From Octopus sinensis (taxonomy: Eukaryota), in assembly GCF_006345805.1 (NCBI RefSeq), contig NC_043010.1, positions 57,040,001 through 57,104,000 of the forward strand: a stretch of DNA of 64,000 nt, in the 5' to 3' direction. Position numbers and translations under genes: made by a program. The notes below the pieces were generated by a model. That model searched no databases, was not told where the DNA came from, and saw only the letters and a list, made by a program, of their open reading frames with translations. Below, one piece after another: positions 1-12,849 of the stretch. Each line of letters begins with the position of its first letter. Position 1 is the first letter of the stretch.

Positions 1-36
<36 letters not shown>

Positions 37-72
37 TGTGTATATGTATATATATATATATATATATATACA
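1..72. repeat. (GT)n(TA)n microsatellite
   Basis: Directly visible dinucleotide runs. Confidence 0.95.
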
Positions 73-840
73 TGGTCTCCAGGTGGCTATCGACGCACTA
101 CTTACGTCCTTATATTTTCGAACAATTATTATTTCTAAATCTCTGAACGAGAAACATTCAGTGAAAGTACTCAAGAGTAAAGATTATTTGCCAACAATAT
201 GTGGAAGCCTTGATAAGGACATACACCACACCCGTAATATAAACACCATCTACACCCACCTATATATGCACATATGGTGTGTATAAATAATTTGTGCATG
301 TACGAGCATTTTTCACACGTTTCTGTACCTGTTGATCAGGAAAAGGCTGGGTTCTTGCAGAATTGCAGTCATTCTCTAATATTACTCACTCATCTGACCA
401 TACACGCACGAATATACAGGACCATACGAAAATATATACACGTTTATATACACACACACACATAAATCTATATATGTTTATACATACACACTACATAAAT
501 TTATACACGTGTATATATATACATACATACATACATATATATACACACTACATAGATATATTCACGTATATGTATGAATATACAGACGCACTACATAAAT
601 ATATGCACACACATTATATATATATATATTATATACACTACGTAAATACACACCCACACGTCTTTTACGATCTGTTTGACTTTAATCTCCCAAAACTATT
701 TCTCCCGCCATGTACACGGATGTGTTACGTAAGATTGTACCCACATATTTTATTCTACGTGCCTCGAGCATCATCAGCTAATTAACGTAATTGATTCAGT
801 GTCAGCAATTACTCAATTCCAGCCCCTAATTAAGCTCCCT

Positions 841-1145
841 CCTAACCCTGACCGGGCAAAACCAAAGAACCATCACCTTCATTCATTCTTGCTGGAACGT
901 TTAGAGTTACCTCCCTTAGATGCCTACAGTTATCTCCCTTGTGCACTAAGCACGTTTTCCTGATTCTTCCACTTGCTAGAAATAGCAGTAACATCGGTCT
1001 GTAACATTTAGAAAGGAAGAACATTAAAAGTTCATAGCTGACGTCTGCAACACATATGTCTCTGTTGCTATTATTTAACCCTCGGTAAGTAGCCATCATC
1101 AAAAGCATCCATGCTGTGGCCACTCTTTCCTTCTTCAGAAACATT
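841..1145 (-). mobile_element. Degraded 3' fragment of an L1/Tx1-like LINE ORF2
   Basis: Minus-strand translation (..ERVATAWMLLMMATYRGL..LMFFL..RIRK..NVPARMNE) loosely resembles the LINE C-terminal segment at 28090-28310. Confidence 0.35.
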
Positions 1146-1321
1146 GTTCTCCTAGGTTTCCAGTTTGTGAATCAATGATTGGCTGCTATTTTTAGCATGT
1201 AGAGTGATCGCACATTGTTCCATCACTTGAGATTAAACCCTTGGTTACCTTCTCAGTCCATAAACCTATGTTCCAAAACATTTCAGCCAAATCATGCTCT
1301 TCTACATGTTATCTACGACTG

Positions 1322-1372
1322 CTATATATATATATATATATACATACACAGATATATATATATACACACACT

Positions 1373-1416
<44 letters not shown>

Positions 1417-1421
1417 TATAC

Positions 1422-1452
<31 letters not shown>

Positions 1453-1861
1453 TACATATACACACATACACATACATACCTATATATACACACACACACA
1501 TATACATACATATATACACACACACACATATACATACATATATACACACACACACATATACATACATATATACACACACACATATACATACATATATACA
1601 CACACACACATATACATACATATATACACACACACACATATACATACATATATACACACACACACATATACATACATATATACACACACACACATATACA
1701 TACATATATACACACACACATATACATACATATATACACACACACACACATATACATACATATATACACACACACACATATACATACATATATACACACA
1801 CACACATATACATACATATATACACACACACACATATACATACATATATATATACACACAC

Positions 1862-1910
<49 letters not shown>

Positions 1911-2194
1911 CACACACATATATATATACACACACACACACATATATATATATATACACACACATATACATATACACACACACATACATATATACACACA
2001 CACATACATATATACACACACACACATATACATATACACACACACATATACATATATACACACACATATATACACATACACACACATATATACACATACA
2101 CACACACATATACACATACACACACACATATACACATACACACACACATATACACATACACACACACATATATATAATATATATATATATATAT
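1322..2194. repeat. Compound (CA)n/(TA)n microsatellite with a ~24-26 bp higher-order unit
   Basis: About 870 bp of CA/TA runs; the core repeats CACATATACATACATATATACACACA. Confidence 0.97.
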
Positions 2195-2379
2195 AACTAT
2201 ATAAAACCCTCTCAAAGGATTTTTGCAAAATTTGTCTTGTTTCTAGCATGTTGACTGACATCAATAATCATCGATCTGGTATTGATTTTTCATCAATAAC
2301 TCGATGCTACAAAATTTGGAATAAGTTTTGTTCATTCTAATTTTCTATTATACAAATTTTTGCACCAATTCCGAAGATG

Positions 2380-2720
2380 ATCTTCGTTTTCCTCTCCACC
2401 ATCGACTGTTGCTATGAACACCGAATCAGCAGCTGAACTTTTAGCATCGAGGCTGAACAAATGGGATTTATTGGAGGAGGAAATGACGAGAAATTCCAAG
2501 TATAGTTTGATATTTGTGAAGCTCTGTGTGTCTGCAAAGATATAAATGGCTTGTTTGCAGCTCTTGGAATTGATCAGGACTCAAAAGAATGGCGACTTTT
2601 AATAGACATTGCAGCAAGAAGCCTGAAAGCAGTTGCACTGCACAACGGAAGGCAGAATCCATCTCTGCATATCACAAACTCAGAGGAAGAAAGAATATGG
2701 AAATGTGAAAAAGTTGCCTC
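2380..2720 (+). mobile_element. DNA transposase remnant, Chapaev3 (CMC)-like
   Basis: Translates to AELLASRLNKWDLLE and LFAALGIDQDSKEWRLLIDIAARSLKAVALHNG, matching the recalled EWRLFIDSSxxSLKAVLLHNG motif; frameshifted. Confidence 0.55.
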
Positions 2721-2727
2721 AGAAACT

Positions 2728-3110
2728 ATCATCATCATCATCATCGTTTAATGTCCGTTTTCCATGCTGGCATGGGTTGGACAGTTTGACTGAGGACTGG
2801 TGAGCCAGAGGCTGCACCAGGCCCCACTCTGGTCTGGCAAAGTTTTTACAGCTGGATGCCCTTCCTAATGCCAACCACTCAGAGTGTAGTAGGTGCTTTT
2901 TACATGCAACCGGCACAGGAGCCAGTCAGGCAGCACTGGCATTGGCCACGTTTGGATGGTGCTTTTTATGTGACACCTGCACAGGGAGCTAGTCAGGTGG
3001 CACTGGCAGCGACCCAGTCAGGTGGCACTGGCAGCGACCCATGCATGACTGGTGCTTATTGCATGCCACCAGCACAGGTATTGGCCACAACTACAATTTC
3101 CATTTGATTG
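2728..3110 (-). mobile_element. 3' end of an RTE-type LINE (GAT-repeat tail)
   Basis: (CAT)n followed by cgtttaatgtccgttttccatgctggcatgggttgga; the same end occurs inverted at 58670-58776. Confidence 0.7.
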
Positions 3111-3349
3111 TGATTTAATTGAATGAGCTAGAAATAATAAATTCAACTTAAACCATATCTTGATAATAAAAATAATAAAAAGAGAGAGACATCTATATAT
3201 ATCTAGGATATTGAGGTTCCGTCTGCAATCAACAGAGGGAAGCATGACTGGGAAAGTATTAATTCTGATATTATTCAATCAGAATTGACACTGAGCTAAA
3301 CAACAACACAATTGAGCGATCTCATGCTTGTCGAAAGGAGAGATTTTAA

Positions 3350-4710
3350 GTGGAGCAGCTTCATTTGACTTTTTTTAGTGATATGTCCACAAGTCCAGCC
3401 TCATTGCCATTGGAGTTGAATATGTCCAGTGGGGCAGTTCGTGTCTTTTGTATATTTATGTCCACAGGGGCAGGCATATTGCTATTTGAGCAAAATATGT
3501 CTAGAGGGACAGCCTTATTGTTTGGGCTAAATATTATCATAGCAACATCACATGTCTGTTAGATGTAATTATATCTACAGGGCAGCCTCATTAGCGTTAG
3601 TGGTATGTATACAAGGGCAGTTTCATTGTTGTGAGAGCTAAATAAGTTAACAAATGCTATTCATTTCAGCTACAGCTAAATACATCCACAGAGGCAGTCT
3701 CATTGCTGTTAGGGGTATGTCCACAGCGACAGCTCATTTCTGCTTGATCTGAATATACCCACATGGGAACTTCATCTTAGTGAGAAACATGTTAAACATG
3801 CAGACAGCCTGTATCAGATGTAAGTGCGTTCAGAAAGGTTTCCTCATTGCCCTTACAGCTGTGTTCACATTGCCGGCCTCATTGCTCTAAATGGGAAATA
3901 TGCCTTTTGGGGCAATGCAATATCTATTTGACCTCTAAATGTCGAGTGGAACATACTCATATTAAAGGCATATATATTCGCAGAATCAGCCTCATTGACA
4001 TTAGAGGTAAATATGTCCATATCAGAGGTAAATATCTCAACAAGTATAGGTTCATTGCTGTTGGAGCTAGATATCTCCATAGGGCCCCAGCATCATTGAT
4101 GGTTGATCTAAAAATGTCCAACTGTAGCAGCCTCATATTTTAGAGTTAAATATATAGCCACAGGATATATTCACCGTTAGAGCTGTAAAGGCCCACAAGT
4201 GCAGCCTCATATCATTGGTAAAGATGTCTACAGAGGCAGCATCATGTCTGTAAGAAGTAAAAACAGGGGAAGCCTCAGTTTTTTTTTTAGGGCTAACTAT
4301 GTCTATGGGACAGCCTCAAAGGTAAATATGTCAACTGTAGCAGCCTCATTGTTGTCAGAAGTAAATATGTCGACAGAGGTGTCCCCCTTGCTGCTGGAGC
4401 TGAATATGTCGACAGAGGCAAAGTCATGGCTGTCACAGTGAAATATGTCCTCTGGGGCAAATTCATTGCTTTTAGAGTTAAGTATGTAAACATTGGTAAC
4501 CTCATTGTCATTAGAAGTAAATATGTACTGAGAGGCAATTTCATTTTAGAGCTAAATACGTCAATAGCTTCATAGTGTTTAGTGGCAAATATATCAGCAG
4601 GCACAGAAGCATTGATGCGAGAGTTACATCCATCGGAACGGGCTGCCTCGTATCTGTTAGAGCTCAATGGGGTCACCTCCTCATTACTGTTGGAAATAAA
4701 AATATTCTCA
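3350..4710. repeat. Degenerate ~39-bp minisatellite (roughly 30-35 units)
   Basis: Recurring AATATGTCCACAGGGGCAGCCTCATTGCTGTTRGAGCTA. ORF 4199 shows 13-aa periodicity (NMSTVAASLLSEV / NMSTEVSPLLLEL). Confidence 0.85.
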
Positions 4711-5307
4711 TTTGAACCTGTTTTCTTAATGCCTTTGTTTCTAAATTCAGCTCTTATTCAGCAGATTTATTGTCAAAAGCTTTCCACCAATGACCATCAA
4801 GTCTTTGTGCATCCCAGACCGCATTATCTAATGTTCCCTGTTATTTCTTTAGTTTAAATAATCATTCTGCACCCACATCAGTGGCAGACCATAAAAGGAA
4901 GAGCAAGTTGCCCTTTCTGTCCATAGATCGGGGTGGCATCAACTAGCAAGTGAGCTGCTACTGTGGGACAGCTTTATCATCAAGTATGCTTGTTGCACTC
5001 TTGTACACCACTTGTGGAGGCCCAGAGTGGCAGTCTGGTGGGGAGATGACGTCAACTGCCTCATTCACTACCTGAGGCATTTTGTTCAGAGAAGGGTGAA
5101 TGTAACACAGGAGTGTGACAGCAGCAGGTGTAACCAAGTGGGAGCTTTGAGCAAGAGCTCTGCATATAAGCATCTTACTCTCAACAGCCGCAGTTAGGAC
5201 CAGACTGAGACAATGGTGTAAGTATCCAGGCAGCCCTTTTCAGGGAGCACTGCCTGCTCTGGAAGAGGGAAACCTCTAGAAAAGGTGGAGTAAAAAAGGC
5301 ATGCTCT

Positions 5308-6287
5308 TGTAGCAATATTGCTGTCTTCACTGTTTGAGAAAAACATTAGGAATGATCTTGTTTGAGATTACAACCATCTTTGGCTAGTTTAACCCTTTTG
5401 TGTCCACTGATCTGATTGGTTAGCACCTAGCGCGGTCTGTCTCTCTACTTATTTCACACCAGTGTGTAAACTGACCAATCACGGCCTTCAGATAGGATCT
5501 TTCAATTGAGGCATCTTCACTCCTTAAATAAGCTAGTATTTTCACACAATTCATCATCTTTCGGCTTTAGACCATCTAAGATCTAGTCGAAGACCACAGA
5601 GCTACTCAGCCATGTCCCAGTTCGAACAACAGACGACAGCCAGCCAACCATACTATGAAGACGCTATTGTATACCAGCGACAGACAGAACCTCATCACCA
5701 ACGTCGTCCACATCTCCGTCGATTTCAACTTGTACACAACACAACTACACAGATTCAACTCACGCTGTCTGTGTGAAACCTTCACCACGGAAAAACAGTT
5801 GCAGTATATATATCTGAAAGAACAATCTTTACCAAGAGAAACCTGCACAACAACTGACTCAACTAGTCTCCGCTTCGAGACCCAAATCTTGTTATAGAAC
5901 TTATTATCGTGTACCACATGAGCTGGTAAAATAACTCTATCTTAACTCAATATGCTGAGACTTCTCTTATGCTCTGTATTTCTGTTGTATTCGCATGCAC
6001 CTTTATCTGTACCTTCTGTCGCACACACAAACACTATATGCATGCATTCATACCACAACACTACGCTAGTAATCACAACTCACTTTGTACACTGTGAGTA
6101 AAGTCTATCTTCTCTCTCAAACAACAGAACGGCTTGGCGTCCTTCATTCATTTCCTTTAGCACTGTATAATAATATATCCATGTATTACGGCTTATCTTA
6201 TTAATTTGTTAGGATGTGACCGTGCGGCGTACAAGAGGAGACCTTGTCACCAACCTCCTTACGTATGCTCGTATATATGTTCCTACA
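5308..6287 (+). mobile_element. Solo LTR (Gypsy-like), 980 bp
   Basis: TG...CA ends with imperfect 11-bp inverted termini (TGTAGCAATAT...ATGTTCCTACA); 4-bp TSD CTCT at 5304-5307 and 6288-6291; no internal ORF. Orientation inferred from an AGTAAA signal near 6097. Confidence 0.8.
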
Positions 6288-6329
6288 CTCTGAACGAAAT
6301 CTGGCTGATTCACTGTGGCCAGTGGAACT

Positions 6330-8640
6330 TCATTTCAGTGGTAGAAGCTGCAAGAAAATGAAGATGACTGAAGCGATGTAGAATGTGCTCGATAGAAGCT
6401 CCACACCCGAGCAGAGGACAGCCCTAGTTTCAAAAGAAGCACACTGGTATGATGTAAGCAGACCAGGACTGAAAAGCATGGCCAGTTGCAAGAAGAGGGT
6501 TACACCACCTTCTTCTGGGTTGGGAAGACAGAGACGCAAGTGTGACTTCTGTTACCAACAAGACTGCCAAAAGGCTACCTTTCTCCCCATCAGCCATCTC
6601 AGAGAGGATGATGACCCTACGGATGCCAATCATGAATAACTGACGTCTGGCCTTCGTCAATGTCTATGCTCCAACAATGAGCTAATCTGGAGGAGAAGAA
6701 AGAAGCATTCTACCAAGAGTTGACACGGATTGTAGGCAAAGTTCTTTAACAAGACAAGTTGTTTATTAGAGATTACTTCAACACCAGGGTGGGAGTAGAC
6801 TGTAAGACCTGTGCAGGCAGCAAGGCAAGTTTAGTAAAGGCAAAATAATTCCAATGGAAACTTCCTGCCAAACTTCTATATGCAGCAAGAGCTGTGTGCC
6901 ACCAATATGTTCTTTGATCAGCCTGACAAGAATTATTCTAAATGGAAGCACCCTTGCTCTGGCCACTGTCATCTGCTGGACTAGTCATTACCCAGAAGAC
7001 TGGGCTGTAGGAGATCCAGGGTATGAAGGCCTTGCATAGAGCAGAATACTCGACTGACCACTACGTTGTGAGGAATCAGATTAGATGCAGAATTACTCCT
7101 TCCTGAAGACCCCAATCTGTGCAAAGCAAGAGAAGCTGGACACAAGCAAGCTAGCAAGTGCAGAACACTGTCAGCAGTTGACTGCTGCTATCAAGGCTGC
7201 AACTGAGAATATGAGATTCTGTGCAGATGAACTGAATGGCATTAAGGAGAATTGGCAGGTATAAAAGAAGGCAGTCTTCTCTACCGCTAAGGTGACCCAA
7301 GTGTAAAATACCTGGTTGGGTCTGTGAACACAGAGGAGATCCACAAGCTGCAAGAGGAAAAGCAATGCCTGCATCAGTGACATCTGCGGGAGAACTCTAA
7401 GAAGAAGAGGACCTCTTTTGTTGAGATCAAGTTCAAAGTACGGAGCGAAGTGAGGTTATTGAAGAATGGCTGGTGGCGCAGACAGGCAGCAGCTTTGTAG
7501 AGCATGGCCAACAAGTCCGACTACCACAAGCTGTTTACAGAACTTAAAGCCATCTATGACCCCAGGAGTGATGCAGTGGCACCATTTAAGTCAGTAGATG
7601 GGGGCAAACTACACACCAACCTCCAGAGCATCAGAGATGGATGAAAGGAGCAGGCGCCTGAAAATTACCATTTATAAAAAAAAAAAGATGAAATCAAGTG
7701 GAATGTGGGAATCTGCGCAACATTTCTGTTGGCCTTTGCTGGCAAGGGGCTGGTGAAGATCATTGTGAATTGTGAACCAGTTGAAAAACATCTGAGAGCA
7801 GGTCTTAGCAGAAAGTCAATGTGGCTCCAAGGCTGGGGAGGTCAACCATAGACATGATCTTCACACAGCAAGTGAAGGCAGTGGAGCAACACCAACCTTT
7901 TCTTTGTGAACTTTTCTAAGGCATTTGACACGGTGGACTGAGAAACTCTTTGAGAAGTGCTGGAGATCTATGGATGCTCTGAGAAGCTTGACAACAGTTC
8001 CACACGGGAACGAAAAAGCTAGTCTTAGTTGGCAGAGATTTTGTGAAGCTTTTACAATCAGCCATGGTGTGAAGCAGGGGGTATGTGCTTGCCTCCTTCT
8101 CTTTGCCTCGTAGCTGTGCTTGTTTAATACCATTGAGGGTCAATCTGCACAAGGCAGGGCTTCATCTGCACCAGAACAGATGGGAAGCTCTTCAATTGAG
8201 CCTGTCTTCGAGTCTCCACCAAAATCAGGGAAATCTTTATCAAGAAGCTGCTCAGTTTATGTGGCCAGCAGCATTGAGGACCAGCAACACCATTGTGGGT
8301 CAGTTGACATGTTTGGTCTGAAGATCAACACTTTGAAGACTGAACTGCTCTAGCAACATGTCCTAATAGATCGAGATAGCCTTAGCCAAAGGGAGTCCCC
8401 TGAAGTACACGGAGGCTTTTACTTATCTGAGCAGCTCAGTGACTTGTACCAATTCTTCTGGCCTCAAAGAGGAGAGGAGCATACAGTCTGTCGCAAAAGC
8501 TTTTGGCTCTTTCTTGAGAATAAAGGTCTACAGTGCTCCCTCGCATCCTCTATGCCACAGAATGCATGGCTCTCTACTGCAAGCACATCGAAGCCCTGAT
8601 GCGAGTCCAAATTCATTAACTGTACTCCATCTTATAAGTA
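6330..8640 (+). mobile_element. Degraded RTE (BovB-like) LINE, endonuclease and RT remnants
   Basis: PEQRTALVSKE (ERRTALV-like) APE start, VNVYAPT, FSKAFDTV, GVKQGVC and FGLKINTLKTE; many stops and frameshifts. Confidence 0.8.
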
Positions 8641-10235
8641 GTGACCCTTGGTGGCTACAATGGCAAGCAAAATGGAAAAGGGATGTAACAAGAGTAATCT
8701 CCCTCGAGCTTCTAGAATTTTTGAGACCTTTCTGGAAGCTTCCGGTTTTACGTGGAAGTCAAGGACTTCTGCTCCATCACTTATATGAAGGAGAGAAATT
8801 CTAAATTCCCGCAATACCTGTTGGTCTGGTGTTACAATCATTGTGCGTGCGTGTGTGTTAAAGATTATTACCAAAAAGTTAGTTTTTTGAAAATTGTTAC
8901 TTCTTGTAGGAATTTTGTTTGTGAATTGTGGTTTCCCATAAGGGAAATGTTTTGATATTTATATTTGTGTAAAATTTGGTGAACTGTTATAGACAAGGAT
9001 AGACAAATTGGTGTTGCTTTTTCAGCGTTGGTTTTCTGTGTGGAACAATTGTCAAAAAATATTGTGCACTTTTTGATAACTTTTGAATAAAAAATGATTT
9101 AAACTGAAGAAAATAAAAAGTTAAATTTTGCTGCCACTGTTGGCAGAACTGAAAAAAATCACTTTGAGAAAGGAGGACCTACAAGTATACTTTGGTATGA
9201 TAACCAAAGAGAATGGGGAAGGCAGAATAACCCCTCCCAACGAAATTGCCTTTGGCTGGTATTAAATGAAACAAAATACCTGGCCTGAAGCACAAAATCT
9301 GCTACAATTGAAGCCTGATTCAAGTTGGCAGAGAAGGCAAAAGACTTCTTGACTCAAACCTTACAGAATGGGAAATCGATGCTCTTGCCTTTGTACCTGA
9401 GAAGGAGAACATCCTGAATCAAAATTTAAAATATTTCTCCCAAGGTGGAGGTCGCGTGGACCATGGCCACCATCTTGTGTGAGAGGGAAGACAAGATCAA
9501 CATTATTTGGATCTCCAGAGATGCCCCCGCAAAACTGGCAAGGCCAAATTCTGGAGATCTTTGCACAAGCTTCATCTAATGACTTTGAAAGTTTACCTGA
9601 AAGTATTCACATTGGAGAAGAGACTGTGCTAACGGTTCCTGCAGAGGGGAGGGGACCAAGGGACTATGAATATGGGAAAAAGGGCCACATGAGATCAAAG
9701 TTCCCCCACCACCAAAAATAACAACAAAAAGGAGGACAAAAGAAAAAGTGAAGAGACGGCACCCCAAGCCAAGGAGGCTGTTACCCAGAGGGTGACACCC
9801 TCCACCGTTGAAGAGGATAAAATACCAGCACCCCCAGCCAAGGAGGCTGTTACCGAGAGGGCGAGCACATCCACCAGTGAAAAGGATAAAATAGAACCAG
9901 CCGTGACACCATTGGAAGAAGAGATGAACTTCCAGATGGTGTTATGAAAGCATCCCCAGAAAACGATGGAGTCACCTATCAAGTCTCAGGAGGCGACTCC
10001 TAAAAACAAACAGACAAGACCCCACCCCCAAGAACAACCCAAAATGCCTAAAAAAGGAAATATGAACTTGCAAGTAATTGATAAACCTAAAGGTGATATC
10101 GTTATAGCATTTAGAAACCAGAACAAATACGTAGACGAGGGGATTAGACATCATCAACAGTCATTCATTTATGAAAGAAGTGATAAAGATGCAATAACAA
10201 TTGGGAAAATACCTAGGGAACTGTATATGGAACTA

Positions 10236-11524
10236 CGAGGGACGTTCAATAAGTAATTCCCCTGACCCACTTGCAGTTGTTTGATCTAGCTGAAAGTTTG
10301 CATGTGCAATCATTTATATCTCTATAGAGTAAGTGGTAAATTACAGCTCTGAATTAATTGTGGTTTCTGATTTACAGGTGTTTGAACCGAGTCAAGTATG
10401 AAATGGAGCCTGTTGAGTGTCGAGCAGTGATCCGGTTTTTGTATTGGAAAGGACGCACACCACGGGAGACTTTAGATGAAATGAAAGTAACTTATGGTGA
10501 TGATGCCCCATCATATGACCTTGTAAAACGCTGGCATCGTGAATTCAAACATGGTCGGAACTCTGTGGAAACAGCTCCCAGATCTGGTCGCCCCCTTCTG
10601 CCATTCATGAGGCATCTGTCCGTCAAGTTGAGGCTGCCATTTTGGAAGATTGACGCATAATTATTCGCCAAATAGCTCATGAGGTCAAGATTAGTACTGG
10701 GTCTGTGGAAACTATCATTCATGACCATTTGCATATGCAAAAAGTGTCTGCCAGATGGATTCCCAGGTTGCTCATGCCTTTCCAGAAGCAAGAACGCGCC
10801 GAGTGCTCGAGGGTGAATTTGGAGATGTGCCAAGAAGATGAGTCAAAATTTTTCAAAAGACTGATTACACAGGATGAAACCTGGGTCCATCACGATGATC
10901 CAGAGACCAAAGCCCAGTCAATGCAGTGGAAGCACTGTGACTCACCCCCTCCAAAGAAGGCAAGGGTGCAGCCCTCCGCTGGCAAGGTCATGCTCACAGT
11001 CTTCTGAGACCAGGACAGAGTAGTGATGACAGATTTCCTGGCAAAGGGTACCACAATTGCAGGAGCCTATTATGCTTCACTTTTGAGGAAATTAAGAGAA
11101 GTTATCAAAATCAAGAGGCGGGGCAAGATCAGCAAAGGCATCCTCCTCCTGCAGGACAACGCTCCGGTCCACAACTCGCTTGTCGCCAGATCAGAAGCAC
11201 AGGCGTATGGCTATGAACTCCTCCTCATCCCCCCTACTTTCCTGACCTTGCACCCTCTGATTTTCACCTCTTCCCAATCATGAAGTTGTTTTTGAAAGGA
11301 AAGTGTTTCCCAGATGATGCAGCCTTGATTTCTGAAGTCACGTTGTGGTTGGAGGACCAAGCTGGGTTCTTCTACAAAAACGGTCTCCGGAGCCGCATCA
11401 AACGATGAGACATGCGTAACTCTGGGTGGTTCCTATGTAGAAAAAGACTAATAACTGTGCCAAGTTTTGTTGCTCTACTGCTATGGGAAGTGGGTCAGGG
11501 GCATTACTTATTGAACGCCCCTCG
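10236..11524 (+). mobile_element. Full-length mariner transposon (irritans/Hsmar2-like), 1289 bp
   Basis: Imperfect TIRs CGAGGGACGTTCAATAAGTAATTCCCCTGACCCACTT...AAGTGGGTCAGGGGCATTACTTATTGAACGCCCCTCG, flanked by TA TSDs at 10234-35 and 11525-26. Confidence 0.95.
10403..11451 (+). pseudogene. Mariner DD34D transposase pseudogene
   Basis: RAVIRFL HTH, ARWIPRLL (WVPHEL-like), TQDETW, LQDNAP and DLAPSDFHLF motifs split across ORFs 10358, 10705 and 11023 by frameshifts and stops. Confidence 0.92.
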
Positions 11525-12849
11525 TAAAAGACATTGTAGGGATATCATGGATTTAAAAGATTTCCCCAAAGTTTCTAACATGCTGATGGAACTGTTTTTG
11601 TATGAGAGGAAAGAAGAGGGGGGACCTGTCTCAGTGTACTGAGAACAATCCCCCTCAAGAAAAGAGCAGGTAGGCTCCAAATTTTCTTCCTTTTTGTCGT
11701 TTTGACACGACTGCATCACGCATTGGCTGTTTAAATATTAGTGGCTTGGGCGCAAACAGGAAGCAGGCTTCTTCCCTCGATGACTTCAGGTCACACAGAA
11801 TTGATGTGATGGTTGCTACAAAGTCCAAGATGGACAAACTGCAGGATCTCTCAACTCTCCTGAATGACTATGAAAAAATCATGTCTCCTATTCGGACGAG
11901 AGGGGTTGTAGTTTTATTCCAGAAAAGCTTGGCTTTGTAGACACATAAGATCTTTGTAGACCCAGAAGGCGAGTCGGTTATTCTGGATCTTACATACAGA
12001 GATAAGATCTTCAAGTTGCTTGGCATTTATGCACCTAGCATGAGAGGCAAACAGAATGAGTTCTCTCAATGTCTGGAGAATTTTTCTGGTGACGTCAACG
12101 AAACTAATTTTGTTAGGAGACTTTAACACTATTCTCGATGCACGCCTGGATAACGTAGGCTGAAATGATAGGAAATGTAACTCATGCCTTGTCGATCTGC
12201 TGAAGCGATTTAGGCTGGTTTAGTAAGTTGTTTCAACTTCCACCTTCTATGGAAGGTCAGTCAGGAGGAAAAGTACCGGCTTCAGATTGTATACGAAAAA
12301 ATATGGGCAACTGTGGTAAGAATGTTGCGTATGAATGGGATCATGCTAGTGTAGCTGGCCAAAATGAGAAAGGAGGAAGAAAACGTTTAAAAAAAAAAGA
12401 AAAGAAAAATGAAATAAACAAATGATAAAAATCGGTGGGTTAAAAACAAACCCTTAAAACAATATATTATCTTTTATTATATTTTTATTCTTGCATTTTC
12501 ACTTTGACATTCCGATTTAATCATGATTGTAATCCAAACTCCCTAAAAGACTGTCCATTGTCCCATCCTGGCCCCTTTTTAGGCAATAAAGAAATACATC
12601 TAGTGCCTGTTGATTCTTCAGCATGCATTGGGTCAGGCCACCACACTTTACGCCCGCTTGCGCTCAGGTTCGCCCTTCTTACTTGGAGACATGTGACTGC
12701 AACCAGATCCTATTCATATATTGTAAGCTTCCTTCAATTAACCTTGGATGTTAATGCCTTGCCTCCAATAAGAAAAGTTGTGACTGATTACAAGCATCTC
12801 ATCAATTCTATTCTCTTGTTGTTATGAGCAAACACAGTGGCTGCCTTCT

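Larger units (their letters stand above)
8900..12596 (+). mobile_element. Degraded L1/Tx1-like LINE (ORF1 remnant, APE start, internal deletion, 3' tail), interrupted by a mariner
   Basis: Pro/Lys-rich ORF1-like segments at 9150-11640; APE start RIGCLNISGLG..RIDVMVATKSK, GIYAP, VGDFNTI at 11715-12230; tail ends ggcaataaagaaata. Confidence 0.65.

Noticed and set aside
1215-2264. Six long ORFs (229-337 aa) rich in H/T/Y/I or V/C/M
   Set aside because: Artefacts of the CA/TA microsatellite, which lacks stop codons.
3350-4710. CRISPR-like array
   Set aside because: Units are contiguous and degenerate with no unique spacers; no cas genes; eukaryotic context.
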